From the NCBI GenBank assembly GCA_965197645.1, contig OZ240219.1:1472001-1536000 (forward strand): DNA of 64,000 nucleotides, in the 5' to 3' direction. The position numbers and the translations under genes were made by a program. This document shows, piece after piece, positions 22,195 to 31,081 of the stretch (position 1 is its first letter; every line of letters begins with the position of its first letter). The notes beneath the pieces were generated by a model. That model did no database searches, was not told where the DNA came from, and was given only the letters and a program-made list of their open reading frames with translations. Source of the stretch: Dehalococcoidia bacterium. Lineage in GTDB: Bacteria; Chloroflexota; Dehalococcoidia; Plut-88900.

Positions 22195-22806
22195 TTACTC
22201 GTAGACCTCCAGCATCAGGTCCGTGCATTCATCGCCGTTTATGGAATCCAGGTCCCAGGAGCAGGAGGTCACCACGACAAGCAGGTCCTTGAGAGCTTCC
22301 AACAGCACGTAGTCCCCCGGCTTGGCAGGAGAGGTCTTGGACTCCCAGTGGCCCTCCAGGTCCACGATGGGGGTATTCTGGAACAGGTTCACGGGGTGGG
22401 GTGGATGTGCGGGTGTGAAGTCGAACTCCTCCAACACCTCATTCAGGTTGTCCCGGCAGTTGCGGTGGTCGGACGAGGCGCCCACGGCCTCGAAAAGGGC
22501 GGGACTTCAGGCATTCAGGAGGAAATCGTGCACTCCTACGGTATCCTCCTCCAAATTGAGTAGGGGGTCCAGCTTGTTGCTGTAGAGGGGCTGGCCGAGG
22601 ATGGGGTAGATGCGACGCAGCTGGCTCCAGCTGCCATCGGGCGATAGGTACTCTCCCGGATCGTCTAGAACGAAGGCGAACAGATCGCCTATCTGCTGGC
22701 CATGGGTGTTGACGACTTTGACCCTCTGGCCCTTCTTGGCCAGTACGCCACCGCCGTGATAGGCGGGCACCAGTCGTTCCGATAACAGTTTTCTTCCGGT
22801 GGTCAT
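22195..22806 (-). CDS. DUF1989 (urea carboxylase-associated / CgdA-B-like) protein with in-frame TGA at codon 100; candidate selenoprotein
   Basis: ORFs 22507..22806 and 22195..22485 are in the same frame. Read-through gives 203 aa: ...GQQIGDL...GVHDFLLNA-[TGA]-SPALFEAVGASSDHRNCRDNL...PVNLFQN...PGDYV...VTSCS. GGAGG SD upstream. Confidence 0.85.
22450..22506 (-). promoter_or_regulatory. Putative bacterial SECIS hairpin
   Basis: mRNA 3' of UGA: A-GUCCCG-CCCUUUU-CGAGGC-[CGUGGGC]-GCCUCG-...-CGGGAC. Two 6-bp stems; the G-rich loop starts 20 nt after UGA. Confidence 0.55.
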
Positions 22807-22926
22807 GGGCGTCCTCCCCTCCTGAATATCAAGCAGCTAGAGCGGTGTCAACGATACCGTCGAGACACGAGATGTGTCAAACACCGCCCTCCATGCCCGA
22901 CTGCTGTCACCAGGCCGATGGGGCAC

Positions 22927-23060
22927 GGGGTCTGGAAAGGGGCGAAGCCCCCTTGTCGGAAGCCTGAGAGCCTGCCCTGAACTCGCCGAAGGGGTGTCCC
23001 TCAGAATTTTTCTTTATCTCTTCCTCCTTCCAGGCTTGGAAGGGGGGCAGGGGGATGGTC
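22927..23060 (+). repeat. MITE/REP-like dispersed element
   Basis: GGGGT..AGGGGCGAAGCCCC..GGGTGTCCCTCAGA..GGATGGTC; the reverse-complement copy lies at 63125-63230. Confidence 0.7.
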
Positions 23061-23115
23061 GTCAAAACCTTGCCCTGTGCCTGCATCGCCGTTATCCTCA
23101 TAGAGGAGTCCATCC

Positions 23116-24102
23116 ATGGTAGAAACCGACACACAATCCATCGCTGCCACCGCCAACCGGCTGTACGAAAACATCGGGCGGGTCATCGTCGGCAAACGGG
23201 AGGTGGCAGAGCTGTTCCTGGTAGCCACGCTGTGCGAGGGCCACGTGCTGATCGAGGACGTGCCGGGCATCGGCAAGACCATGCTGGCCCGTTCCGTGTC
23301 TCGCTCCTTGGGCTGCTCCTTCCGGCGCATACAATGCACCCCCGACCTGCTCCCCTCCGATATCACCGGCACCTACATATACAACCAGCAGACCAGCGAG
23401 TTTCAGTTCCGACCCGGCCCCATTTTCGCCCAGGTGGTGCTGGCCGACGAGATCAACCGGGCCACTCCCCGCACCCAATCTGCGATGCTGGAGGCCATGG
23501 AGGAAGGCCAGGTGACGGCGGAGGGCGAGACCAAGGCTCTGCCAAAGCCGTTCCTGATAATGGCCACCCAGAACCCCATCGAGCTGGAGGGCACCTTCCC
23601 GCTGCCCGAGGCCCAGCTGGACCGGTTCCTGCTGCGAGTCAGAATGGGCTACCCAACCGAGGAGGACGACCAGCTGATTCTCGACCGGTTCGCCGAAGAT
23701 AATCCCATACATGCCCTGGAACCTGTAATCTCGGCCGAGGAGCTGACCGGATTGCAGACCAGCTGCCGCGGGGTAAGGGTAGGCCCCGAGGTCCGGCGGT
23801 ACGTAATCCAGCTTGTCCATGCCACCCGAGAGCATCCCCAGGTGGAGTTGGGCGCCAGTCCCCGCGCCATGCTGGGCATGTTCAGAACAGCCCAGGCCCT
23901 GGCCGCCGTCCGGGGGAGCGACTACGTTATCCCGGACCACGTCAAGTACCTGGCTCCCTTCGTGCTGGAGCATCGGATCATCGCCGATGCCCAGAGCCAC
24001 ATTCGCGGGCTTACCGCCTCGGGTATCCTGCGCGAGGTGCTGGACTCGGTGCCCGTTCCCGTGGAAGACGAGGAGGGCGTCGCGTCGGAAGCGGGGCGCT
24101 AG
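23116..24102 (+). CDS. moxR: MoxR-family AAA+ ATPase (copy 2)
   Basis: [52 protein letters not shown]. Confidence 0.95.
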   Translation: MVETDTQSIAATANRLYENIGRVIVGKREVAELFLVATLCEGHVLIEDVPGIGKTMLARSVSRSLGCSFRRIQCTPDLLPSDITGTYIYNQQTSEFQFRPGPIFAQVVLADEINRATPRTQSAMLEAMEEGQVTAEGETKALPKPFLIMATQNPIELEGTFPLPEAQLDRFLLRVRMGYPTEEDDQLILDRFAEDNPIHALEPVISAEELTGLQTSCRGVRVGPEVRRYVIQLVHATREHPQVELGASPRAMLGMFRTAQALAAVRGSDYVIPDHVKYLAPFVLEHRIIADAQSHIRGLTASGILREVLDSVPVPVEDEEGVASEAGR

Positions 24103-24104
24103 AG

Positions 24105-25346
24105 GTGCTGAGCGGCGCCTGGATCAGCTTTACCCTGGCGCTGGTCCTGATAGGGGTGCTGACCCAGCAGACCCTCATACTGCTGGCGGCCCTCCTTTTC
24201 TTTTTCACCTCGGGAGTAGCCAGGCTGTGGACCAGATATGCCCTGGACCGCATGGAGTACAAGCGCAGCTTCAGCGTAAACCGGGCCTTCTTCGGCGAGA
24301 CCATCAACCTGGAACTGGGCATAGCCAATCTCAAAATCCTGCCCGTGCCCTGGCTTCACATCCGGGACGAGGTCCCCGAGGAGCTGACCTTCCTGAAAGG
24401 CGTCACCATTCCTACCCACAAACCCTCCCGCCTGACGCTGCCCAACTTCCTATCGTTGGGGTGGTACCACCGCATAACCCGCCGCTATCCCATCCAGTGC
24501 CTGAGGAGGGGTTATTTCTCCTTCGGTCCGGCCACCATCCGCTCCGGCGACCTTTTCGGCTTCTTCAACAAGCAACTCACCGAGGAGAAGGTTGACCGCC
24601 TGCTGGTCTATCCTCGCATCGTGCCTCTGGAGAGCCTCGACATCCCATCTCGAAACCCCTTTGGCGATATGAAAGTGAGGCGGCACCTCTTCCAGGACCC
24701 AGTCCGGGTGGCGACAATCAGGGAGTATCAGCCTGGCGACCCGTTGAAGCATATCCACTGGAAGGCCTCGGCCCGATTGAGGCGGCTCCAGTCCCGCGTC
24801 TTCGAGCCCACGACGGCGGTGGACCTGAGCATCTTTCTCGATCAGACCACCGGGGATGACTCCTTTTTCGGCGCTCCCGTACAGCAGGAACTGGAAACGG
24901 CCGTGCTGGTGGCAGCCTCGGTGGCCAGCTACGCTGTCAACAATGGGTACCGCGTTGGCCTGTACGCCAACGAGCTGTACGCCAACACCAGGCGGCTGAT
25001 GAAGCTCTCTCCATCGGACCACCCGGACCAGCTGACCCTGGTGCTGGAGGCCCTGGCCCAGGTACGGGGCCTCCCCTTCGGTGGGCTGGACGAGATGTTG
25101 GACCGGGAGGCGCGCTCGCTGCCATGGGACAGCACAATGGTAGTGATTTCGGCGTCGCCGCAGCGGTCCTCCATGGCCACATTGCACCGGTACCGTCGCG
25201 CAGGCCGGCGAGTGGCCCTAATCCTCATAGGTGAGCGGGCCGGTCGCATCCAGCCCAAGGGAATTCCCGTCTACCACGTTTCGGACCAAGTCTACTGGCG
25301 AGAGGTAGAGTCGCTGCGGCTGACGCCTCTGGGAGATTCGACCTAG
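24105..25346 (+). CDS. DUF58 domain protein, copy 2
   Basis: IREYQPGDPLKHIHWKASAR, N-terminal TMs; follows moxR. Confidence 0.9.
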   Translation: MLSGAWISFTLALVLIGVLTQQTLILLAALLFFFTSGVARLWTRYALDRMEYKRSFSVNRAFFGETINLELGIANLKILPVPWLHIRDEVPEELTFLKGVTIPTHKPSRLTLPNFLSLGWYHRITRRYPIQCLRRGYFSFGPATIRSGDLFGFFNKQLTEEKVDRLLVYPRIVPLESLDIPSRNPFGDMKVRRHLFQDPVRVATIREYQPGDPLKHIHWKASARLRRLQSRVFEPTTAVDLSIFLDQTTGDDSFFGAPVQQELETAVLVAASVASYAVNNGYRVGLYANELYANTRRLMKLSPSDHPDQLTLVLEALAQVRGLPFGGLDEMLDREARSLPWDSTMVVISASPQRSSMATLHRYRRAGRRVALILIGERAGRIQPKGIPVYHVSDQVYWREVESLRLTPLGDST

Positions 25347-25348
25347 CC

Positions 25349-26890
25349 ATGCGCCAGGATCGTCCTCTTCTGTGGCTTCCCAACGCCGAGCGGATCATGC
25401 CGGTCCTGGTAGTGTTCGCCGAGGTGCTGTGGCTCTATCCGTGTGTGGTCTGGATTAGCGGTTGGGACATCCTCGGCCTGGAAGAGCCGCCTCTAACCCT
25501 GGTTGGGGCCCTGATGATCGCCATTGGGGCGGAAAGATTGCCGAGACTGTTCCTCGCCCTGGGGGGACCGCTGGAGCGGGCGCGTGTTACCTCGTTGTTC
25601 GGCGTCGTCCTCTTGCTGGCCCTGGTCGTGCGGCTGGACTCCGGGGGAGGCTACATACTGTGGGACACCGGTTGGAGAGAGTACGCGCAGGACAACGTGG
25701 TCCTCATCGTCGGCGGACTGGCCTTGGGAGCCGTCCTCGCCTACCGGGGCCTCTCGATGGGCGTGGAGCTGCCTTCTTTTCATAGCCTGTATCGCAGGTT
25801 CGTTGTGGGGGCTGTATCCCTGCTCGTGCTCATGGTGACGTGGAGCGTCACTGCCCACGCCGAGGGGTTCTCCTCCATTCCCGCCTCCACCGGTGTCTAC
25901 CTGGCCTCCTACTTCTTCATGGGGCTTCTCGTCCTCGCCCTTTCCCACCTTCGCACCTTCAAAGAGACGATGGCCGAGCACCAGGAGTCGACCAGCTTCC
26001 TGAATCGATGGTCTCTCTCGCTGCTGCTGGGCGTTCTAGGCCTCATCGTAGCTGCATCCCTGGGCATCGCCAGCATCTTCTCCTTCGATCTGGCCGCCCT
26101 GATGCTAAGCCCCTTCAAGGCCCTGGCGGAGTGGATACTCATCGGCTTCACCTACGCAGTCATTCTGCCCTTGGCCCTAGCCGTCGGAGGGGTCCTGTGG
26201 ATCATAAACCAGCTCCGCGGAAGCGGAGATGAATTCGATCCGCCGGATCTGTCCCCGCTTCAGGACCCGGAAACCATCGAAGATCCTACCGCAGACCTGC
26301 TCCCGGGAGCCGAGATGGTCGAATCCGGAGGCATCCCCCCGGAGCTGGTGCTGGCCTTGAAGTGGGGACTGTTTGCCATAGTCGCCATCGTTGTGTTCTT
26401 CTTCCTGGCCAGGGCACTGGCCCGCTATCGCAAGGGCCGTTCCGACGACGAGGTCGAAGAGGTAAGCGAGTCGTTGCTGTCCTGGTCCGTCTTCGGTGCG
26501 GACCTCCGAATCTTCCTGTCCGGCCTCTTCGACCGCTTCCGCAAACGGGCCGACGAAGCGGTGGCATCGGTCTCTCCTCCCCTTTCCGTAACCGATATAG
26601 AAGACGACGTCGAAAGCCAGTTCACCACCCGCGAGATCTACCAGGGCATGCTGTGGGAGGCCCGCCTGTCCGGTCTCCCTCGACTCCATCCGGAGACGCC
26701 GTACGAGTACCAGGGAAAGCTGGAACGCCATCTTGCAGACGACGTCGAGCTCCATGCCATCACCCAAGCCTATGTGGACGAACGCTACGGTGGCGTCCAG
26801 ACCGATTCGCAGCGCCTAAGGTTGTTGAACATGATGTGGCGTCGGCTCCGGTCGATGCTGAGAGGGCTGAGAGACCCGCCCGAGCCCTGA
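25349..26890 (+). CDS. Multi-pass membrane protein with C-terminal DUF4129-like domain
   Basis: About 9 TM segments; C-terminal REIY..GLPR..ETPYEY..ITQAYVDERYG; third gene of the MoxR operon. Confidence 0.8.
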   Translation: MRQDRPLLWLPNAERIMPVLVVFAEVLWLYPCVVWISGWDILGLEEPPLTLVGALMIAIGAERLPRLFLALGGPLERARVTSLFGVVLLLALVVRLDSGGGYILWDTGWREYAQDNVVLIVGGLALGAVLAYRGLSMGVELPSFHSLYRRFVVGAVSLLVLMVTWSVTAHAEGFSSIPASTGVYLASYFFMGLLVLALSHLRTFKETMAEHQESTSFLNRWSLSLLLGVLGLIVAASLGIASIFSFDLAALMLSPFKALAEWILIGFTYAVILPLALAVGGVLWIINQLRGSGDEFDPPDLSPLQDPETIEDPTADLLPGAEMVESGGIPPELVLALKWGLFAIVAIVVFFFLARALARYRKGRSDDEVEEVSESLLSWSVFGADLRIFLSGLFDRFRKRADEAVASVSPPLSVTDIEDDVESQFTTREIYQGMLWEARLSGLPRLHPETPYEYQGKLERHLADDVELHAITQAYVDERYGGVQTDSQRLRLLNMMWRRLRSMLRGLRDPPEP

Positions 26891-27016
26891 CCTATCCCCG
26901 GCGTGCGTGTTGACCCCAATCCCCTGCTGATGTAGCCTACATAGACCTCTGGAGCCCCCGGAAAACGAGTTTCCCCCTTCCGGGCAGGGGCCCCAGGCAA
27001 GTGTGGAGGAGGCGCC

Positions 27017-28024
27017 GTGACCGACAGGCTGATCACCTATTACACCGGGTTCCCATCCTTTTTCAACGCTCCGATCAAGGAGATCGACCAGGTAGAAGAG
27101 GGAATGGTGGTTGTAGCGGGAGTGCCCATCGATCAGGGAGTGGTCACGGCCCGGAACGGTGCTCGGTTCGGGCCCCGAGGCATACGAGAGGCCTCCATGA
27201 GCCTTCGAGGCGCCTACGAGGTCGCTTCCGAACACACCCTCCGTGAACCGGACAGCGATCTCTGGCTGCGGCCCAAGGAGGCTCCCAGCTTCGGCGACAT
27301 CGGCGATTTCCACGTTAATCCCACCGACATCCGGGACACGACCAAGACCGTCATAGAGGGGGTGGGCGATATCGTCAAGCGCGGCGGCATGCCGGTGATC
27401 CTCGGCGGTGACCACTACGTGGCCTATCCCGGTTTCGCCGGGTTCGCACGGGGTATGCTGGAGCGGAAGTCCAACCCTCGCCTGGGGTATCTCCACATCG
27501 ACAGCCACCCCGACTTCAGAGACCGGCACGGGGTGGGGGGCAAGTACACCCACGGCACCCAGGTGCGACGCCTGAGCGAAGATACCACCATCTCCTACAA
27601 GAATATGGCCTGGGTCGGGCTCAACGGGGCGGTCATCGATCCAGCCCAGCATCGTATCTTCGATAAGGAGGGGATGAAGGTGATGTCGGCCAAGGTGGTA
27701 CGAGAGCAGGGCCCGGCAGAGGTTGTGAGACAGGCAATGGAGGTGGTGGCCGATAGCGCCGACGCCGTCTACGTGAGCATCGACATCGACGTGGTCGACG
27801 GCTCCTTCGCTCCGGGCACCGGCGCCGCCGTCTTCACCGGCATCACCACCGATGAGTTTATCGGCATCACCGACGCTCTCAGCGGGTACGACGTCATCGC
27901 CGCAGTGGACATGTGCGAGGTATCGCCACCGCTGGACCCCATGAACCGGACGGTGTTCCTCGCCGCCAACGGCCTCTTGAGCGTGCTCACCCCAAAGCTG
28001 CTGGATGTGGTGGACGTGGACTGA
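27017..28024 (+). CDS. Ureohydrolase (arginase/agmatinase family) 1, metal motifs intact
   Basis: GARFGPRGIR, GGDH, HIDSHPD, HGT, SIDIDVVD, PGTG, CEVSP; GGAGG SD; TTGACC-17-TAGCCT upstream. Confidence 0.92.
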   Translation: MTDRLITYYTGFPSFFNAPIKEIDQVEEGMVVVAGVPIDQGVVTARNGARFGPRGIREASMSLRGAYEVASEHTLREPDSDLWLRPKEAPSFGDIGDFHVNPTDIRDTTKTVIEGVGDIVKRGGMPVILGGDHYVAYPGFAGFARGMLERKSNPRLGYLHIDSHPDFRDRHGVGGKYTHGTQVRRLSEDTTISYKNMAWVGLNGAVIDPAQHRIFDKEGMKVMSAKVVREQGPAEVVRQAMEVVADSADAVYVSIDIDVVDGSFAPGTGAAVFTGITTDEFIGITDALSGYDVIAAVDMCEVSPPLDPMNRTVFLAANGLLSVLTPKLLDVVDVD

Positions 28025-28048
28025 ACCCCGGTGTAACGGCTACGGCCA

Positions 28049-28057
28049 TGCTATAAT
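28049..28057 (+). promoter_or_regulatory. Extended -10 promoter (TGcTATAAT) before ureohydrolase 2
   Basis: Perfect TG-n-TATAAT in the 68-nt gap between copies 1 and 2. Confidence 0.6.
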
Positions 28058-28092
28058 ATCGGTCACTCCCAGCTTCCTTAGAGGGCAACCGG

Positions 28093-29070
28093 ATGTACGA
28101 AAGAGACCTGCTTCCCTCTTTTGCCGGAATCAACACCTTCGCCCGAGCGCCGGAGGGCATCATTGACAATCTCTCCGCGGGCGACGTAGCGGTGGTTGGC
28201 ATCCCCTTGGAGATAACACCCGGCGCCAGGCAGGGCACCAGGGAAGGCCCCCGCTCCATCCGCAACGCCAGTGCCGATTTCATCTACGAGCTGCAGGCCT
28301 CCACCTCCGGCGCTCTCATAGACATCAACACCGGGCGAACTCTCCGTATGCCCTCCGAGCTGCGCCTGACCGACCTGGGCGACCTCAGCGTCGACCCATC
28401 GGCCCTGAACCAGGCCACGGACCGGTCACGAAGCATTATGGAGGCCATCGTTGGGAAGTCCGCATTCCCCGTGGCCATCGGCGGCGATCACATCATCACC
28501 TATCCGCTGGTCGAGAGCTACGTCGCCGCCACTGGCAAGAAGGTGGGGCTGGTCCAGCTTTCCAGCCAGCTTGATCTGGCCGATCCCGACACCGAGTGGG
28601 GAGAGAACGGCTACGGCGCAACCCTTCGCCACATCATCGATGGTGGAAGCATCGATCCCAAGAACATTGTCTTCGTAGGTACTCAGGGCTACATCACACA
28701 CAAGGAGTGGAGCCTGGCCCAGTCCCTGGGCGCCACCGTCATAACCGCAGACTCGGCCAGGGAGAAAGGGCCCGAGGCCACGGCTCAACAGGCGCTGGAA
28801 ACGGCCGGAGCAGGCGCCGACATCATCTACCTGAGCCTGGACGTGGACGTAGTGGACTCGGGGTACGCATCGGGCACCGGCGAGGTGGTGATCGGCGGTC
28901 TGAAGCCCATCGAGGTGCTCTCCCTGATGCGCGAGCTCTCAAAGTCCGATGCCATAGGCGCCATGGATGTGGTGGAGGTTGCCCCTTCCCTGGACGTTCG
29001 GGGCAGGACGGAACGGCTCGCCGCCGAGGCCATCATAGAGCTCATCGCTCCCAAGGTGTTCGGAGCCTAG
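28093..29070 (+). CDS. Ureohydrolase-fold protein 2, degenerate metal site
   Basis: GTREGPRSIR, GGDH, QLSSQLD in place of D-x-H-x-D, SLDVDVVD, VEVAP. Confidence 0.88.
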   Translation: MYERDLLPSFAGINTFARAPEGIIDNLSAGDVAVVGIPLEITPGARQGTREGPRSIRNASADFIYELQASTSGALIDINTGRTLRMPSELRLTDLGDLSVDPSALNQATDRSRSIMEAIVGKSAFPVAIGGDHIITYPLVESYVAATGKKVGLVQLSSQLDLADPDTEWGENGYGATLRHIIDGGSIDPKNIVFVGTQGYITHKEWSLAQSLGATVITADSAREKGPEATAQQALETAGAGADIIYLSLDVDVVDSGYASGTGEVVIGGLKPIEVLSLMRELSKSDAIGAMDVVEVAPSLDVRGRTERLAAEAIIELIAPKVFGA

Positions 29071-29087
29071 TACCTGAAGAGTCGAGC

Positions 29088-30080
29088 ATGACTTCGCCAT
29101 CCAAAACACTGTTAGCTCGCATCCCGGGCATCGAGACCTTCATGAACTTGCCGGAGGGCGATGTCGAGGACCTGAAAGAGGGTATGGCGGCCATCGCCGG
29201 CGTCTCCTACGATCTCTCCTGCACATCCCGCATCGGTTCCCGGTACGCGCCCCGTGCCATCAGGTACACCTCCCAGTACTACGGCGGCAAATTTCATCGC
29301 GGCGGCGAGGTGGTGGAGATCACCACGGGCGACCATATCAAGGGCTCGGACAGGATGAAGTTTCTCGACCTGGGGGACCTGAACGTGTTCCCCCTCGATT
29401 GGCCCCGTACCGAGGCTTCTCTACGCCAGTCAATGCTGGAGGTAGCATCCACCGGCGCCAGGCCGATAATCCTGGGCGGCGACCACTTCATCACCTACCC
29501 CCTGACCCAGGGCTATGGAGACGCCATCGCAGAGCGTACCGGCCGCAAGATAGGCTACATCCAGTTCTCCAGCCAGCTGGACCTGGGAGACGAGGACCCG
29601 GTCTGGGGAAAGGTTTGGCGAGGCTCCACGGCCCGCCGCATCCTCGATTCCCAGGCCGTCGATTCCGGCAACATGGTCTGGGTGGGAGTAAACGGCTATC
29701 AGCGGGCCGAGGACTGGGCCCTGGCCCACGAGCTGGATCTGTCCGTTTTTACCCTGGACGACGTTCGAAAGCTGGGTATACTGGAGGTCGTTGAGAGAGC
29801 CACCGAGATAGCCGGAGAGGGCTGTCAATCCGTCTACGTCAGCGTCGATTTCGACGTATTGGACGGGGGCCTGGTGTCCGCCACCGGCTCTCCGCGGCTG
29901 GATGGCATCTCCAACACGGAGCTGCTGAAGTCCATGGACCTGTTGCGCCGTACCAAGGCCGGTGCTTTGGACATCGTGGGGATGAACCCAACGGTCAACA
30001 TGCTCTCCCACACCGGCCAGAGGTTCGCCGCCTGGCTGGTGATCCGGTACCTATCAGGAAGTATCCTAGCGCCCCCGTAA
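29088..30080 (+). CDS. Ureohydrolase-fold protein 3, degenerate metal site
   Basis: GSRYAPRAIR, GGDH, QFSSQLD, SVDFDVLD, DIVGMNP (Glu lost); ATG 29088 chosen by paralog length. Confidence 0.88.
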   Translation: MTSPSKTLLARIPGIETFMNLPEGDVEDLKEGMAAIAGVSYDLSCTSRIGSRYAPRAIRYTSQYYGGKFHRGGEVVEITTGDHIKGSDRMKFLDLGDLNVFPLDWPRTEASLRQSMLEVASTGARPIILGGDHFITYPLTQGYGDAIAERTGRKIGYIQFSSQLDLGDEDPVWGKVWRGSTARRILDSQAVDSGNMVWVGVNGYQRAEDWALAHELDLSVFTLDDVRKLGILEVVERATEIAGEGCQSVYVSVDFDVLDGGLVSATGSPRLDGISNTELLKSMDLLRRTKAGALDIVGMNPTVNMLSHTGQRFAAWLVIRYLSGSILAPP

Positions 30081-30085
30081 CGGAC

Positions 30086-31072
30086 ATGACAAAAAAGAGT
30101 GAATTCGGTCTCAAGTCAGGCGCCGTCACCTACATGCGGTCGCCCCGGGTCACGATGGACGAAATCGAGCCGGGCATGACGGTCATAAGCGGCGCGCCCC
30201 ACAGCATGCGAGACCGTTTCGGCGAGCGGTACGGCCCACGAGGCATTCGCGAAAACTCCTTGAGCATCGCCGATCGGTTCGAACGGGCCGGCGGCGAGGG
30301 TGTAGTGGACATGTCCTCCGGCAAGATCCTGGCCCTGCCTTCGGAGACCCGGCTGGTGGACGTGGGCGATTTCGGCATGCACCCGTCGGACGTGATGAAA
30401 GCCACCGAGTCGATGGCCTCGGGAGTGGCGGAGGTGGTGCGGCGGGGCGGCTTCTCAGTATGTCTCGGGGGAGACCACTACGTCGGCTACCCCTCTTGTC
30501 TCGGATATACCAGGGCCCTTACAGAGCAGCGGCCCAACGCCAAGGTGGGATATGTCCACATAGATGGACACCTGGACTTCGCCGAGGGCTATGAAGGGGG
30601 AGGCCGCTTCAACAACGGCACCAACGCCAAACGGATATCGGAGCTGGACCCGATGGTCGAGAGCAGCATGGTCTGGATCGGGATCCAGGGGCCTTGCAAC
30701 ATGGACGAGGTCGAGCCTATCCGCCGCATGGGAGGCCACATCTTCACCAGCGAGGACGTCGAGGAGATGGGCCCCGCCGAGGTCGGCAGGCGAGCCTGCG
30801 AGCTGGCGCTAAAGGGGTGCGACTACATCTACATGAGCTTCGATATCGATGTCATCGATGCCGGCTTCTCTGACGGCACCGGCTCGGTGACTATGGGCGC
30901 CATGCCTCCCTCGACCCTGTTCAAGATTCTGGAGCCGATAGCGGAGTACCCTATCGGGGCCTTCGATCTGGTGGAGACGGCCCCGCCCCTGGACCCCGCC
31001 AACCGCACTCCCAGATATGCGGCCGAGGCCCTGCTGAGGCTGATCACGCCCAAGATACTTAATGTGCACTAG
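30086..31072 (+). CDS. Ureohydrolase 4, metal motifs intact
   Basis: GERYGPRGIR, GGDH, HIDGHLD, NGT, SFDIDVID, VETAP. Confidence 0.9.
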   Translation: MTKKSEFGLKSGAVTYMRSPRVTMDEIEPGMTVISGAPHSMRDRFGERYGPRGIRENSLSIADRFERAGGEGVVDMSSGKILALPSETRLVDVGDFGMHPSDVMKATESMASGVAEVVRRGGFSVCLGGDHYVGYPSCLGYTRALTEQRPNAKVGYVHIDGHLDFAEGYEGGGRFNNGTNAKRISELDPMVESSMVWIGIQGPCNMDEVEPIRRMGGHIFTSEDVEEMGPAEVGRRACELALKGCDYIYMSFDIDVIDAGFSDGTGSVTMGAMPPSTLFKILEPIAEYPIGAFDLVETAPPLDPANRTPRYAAEALLRLITPKILNVH

Positions 31073-31081
31073 CCCAAAATC

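Noticed and set aside
22195-22806. Two separate small genes or a frameshifted pseudogene, as the ORF track suggests
   Set aside because: The halves are in the same frame (21 nt from the stop to the GTG) and together give one full-length DUF1989 domain; only the single TGA intervenes.
28596-29087. N-terminal extension of the 494-aa ORF (similarly tal 18146, hrcA 39222, ogt 5175, SDR 63141)
   Set aside because: These overlap upstream genes, promoters or repeats; downstream starts fit SD position and family length.
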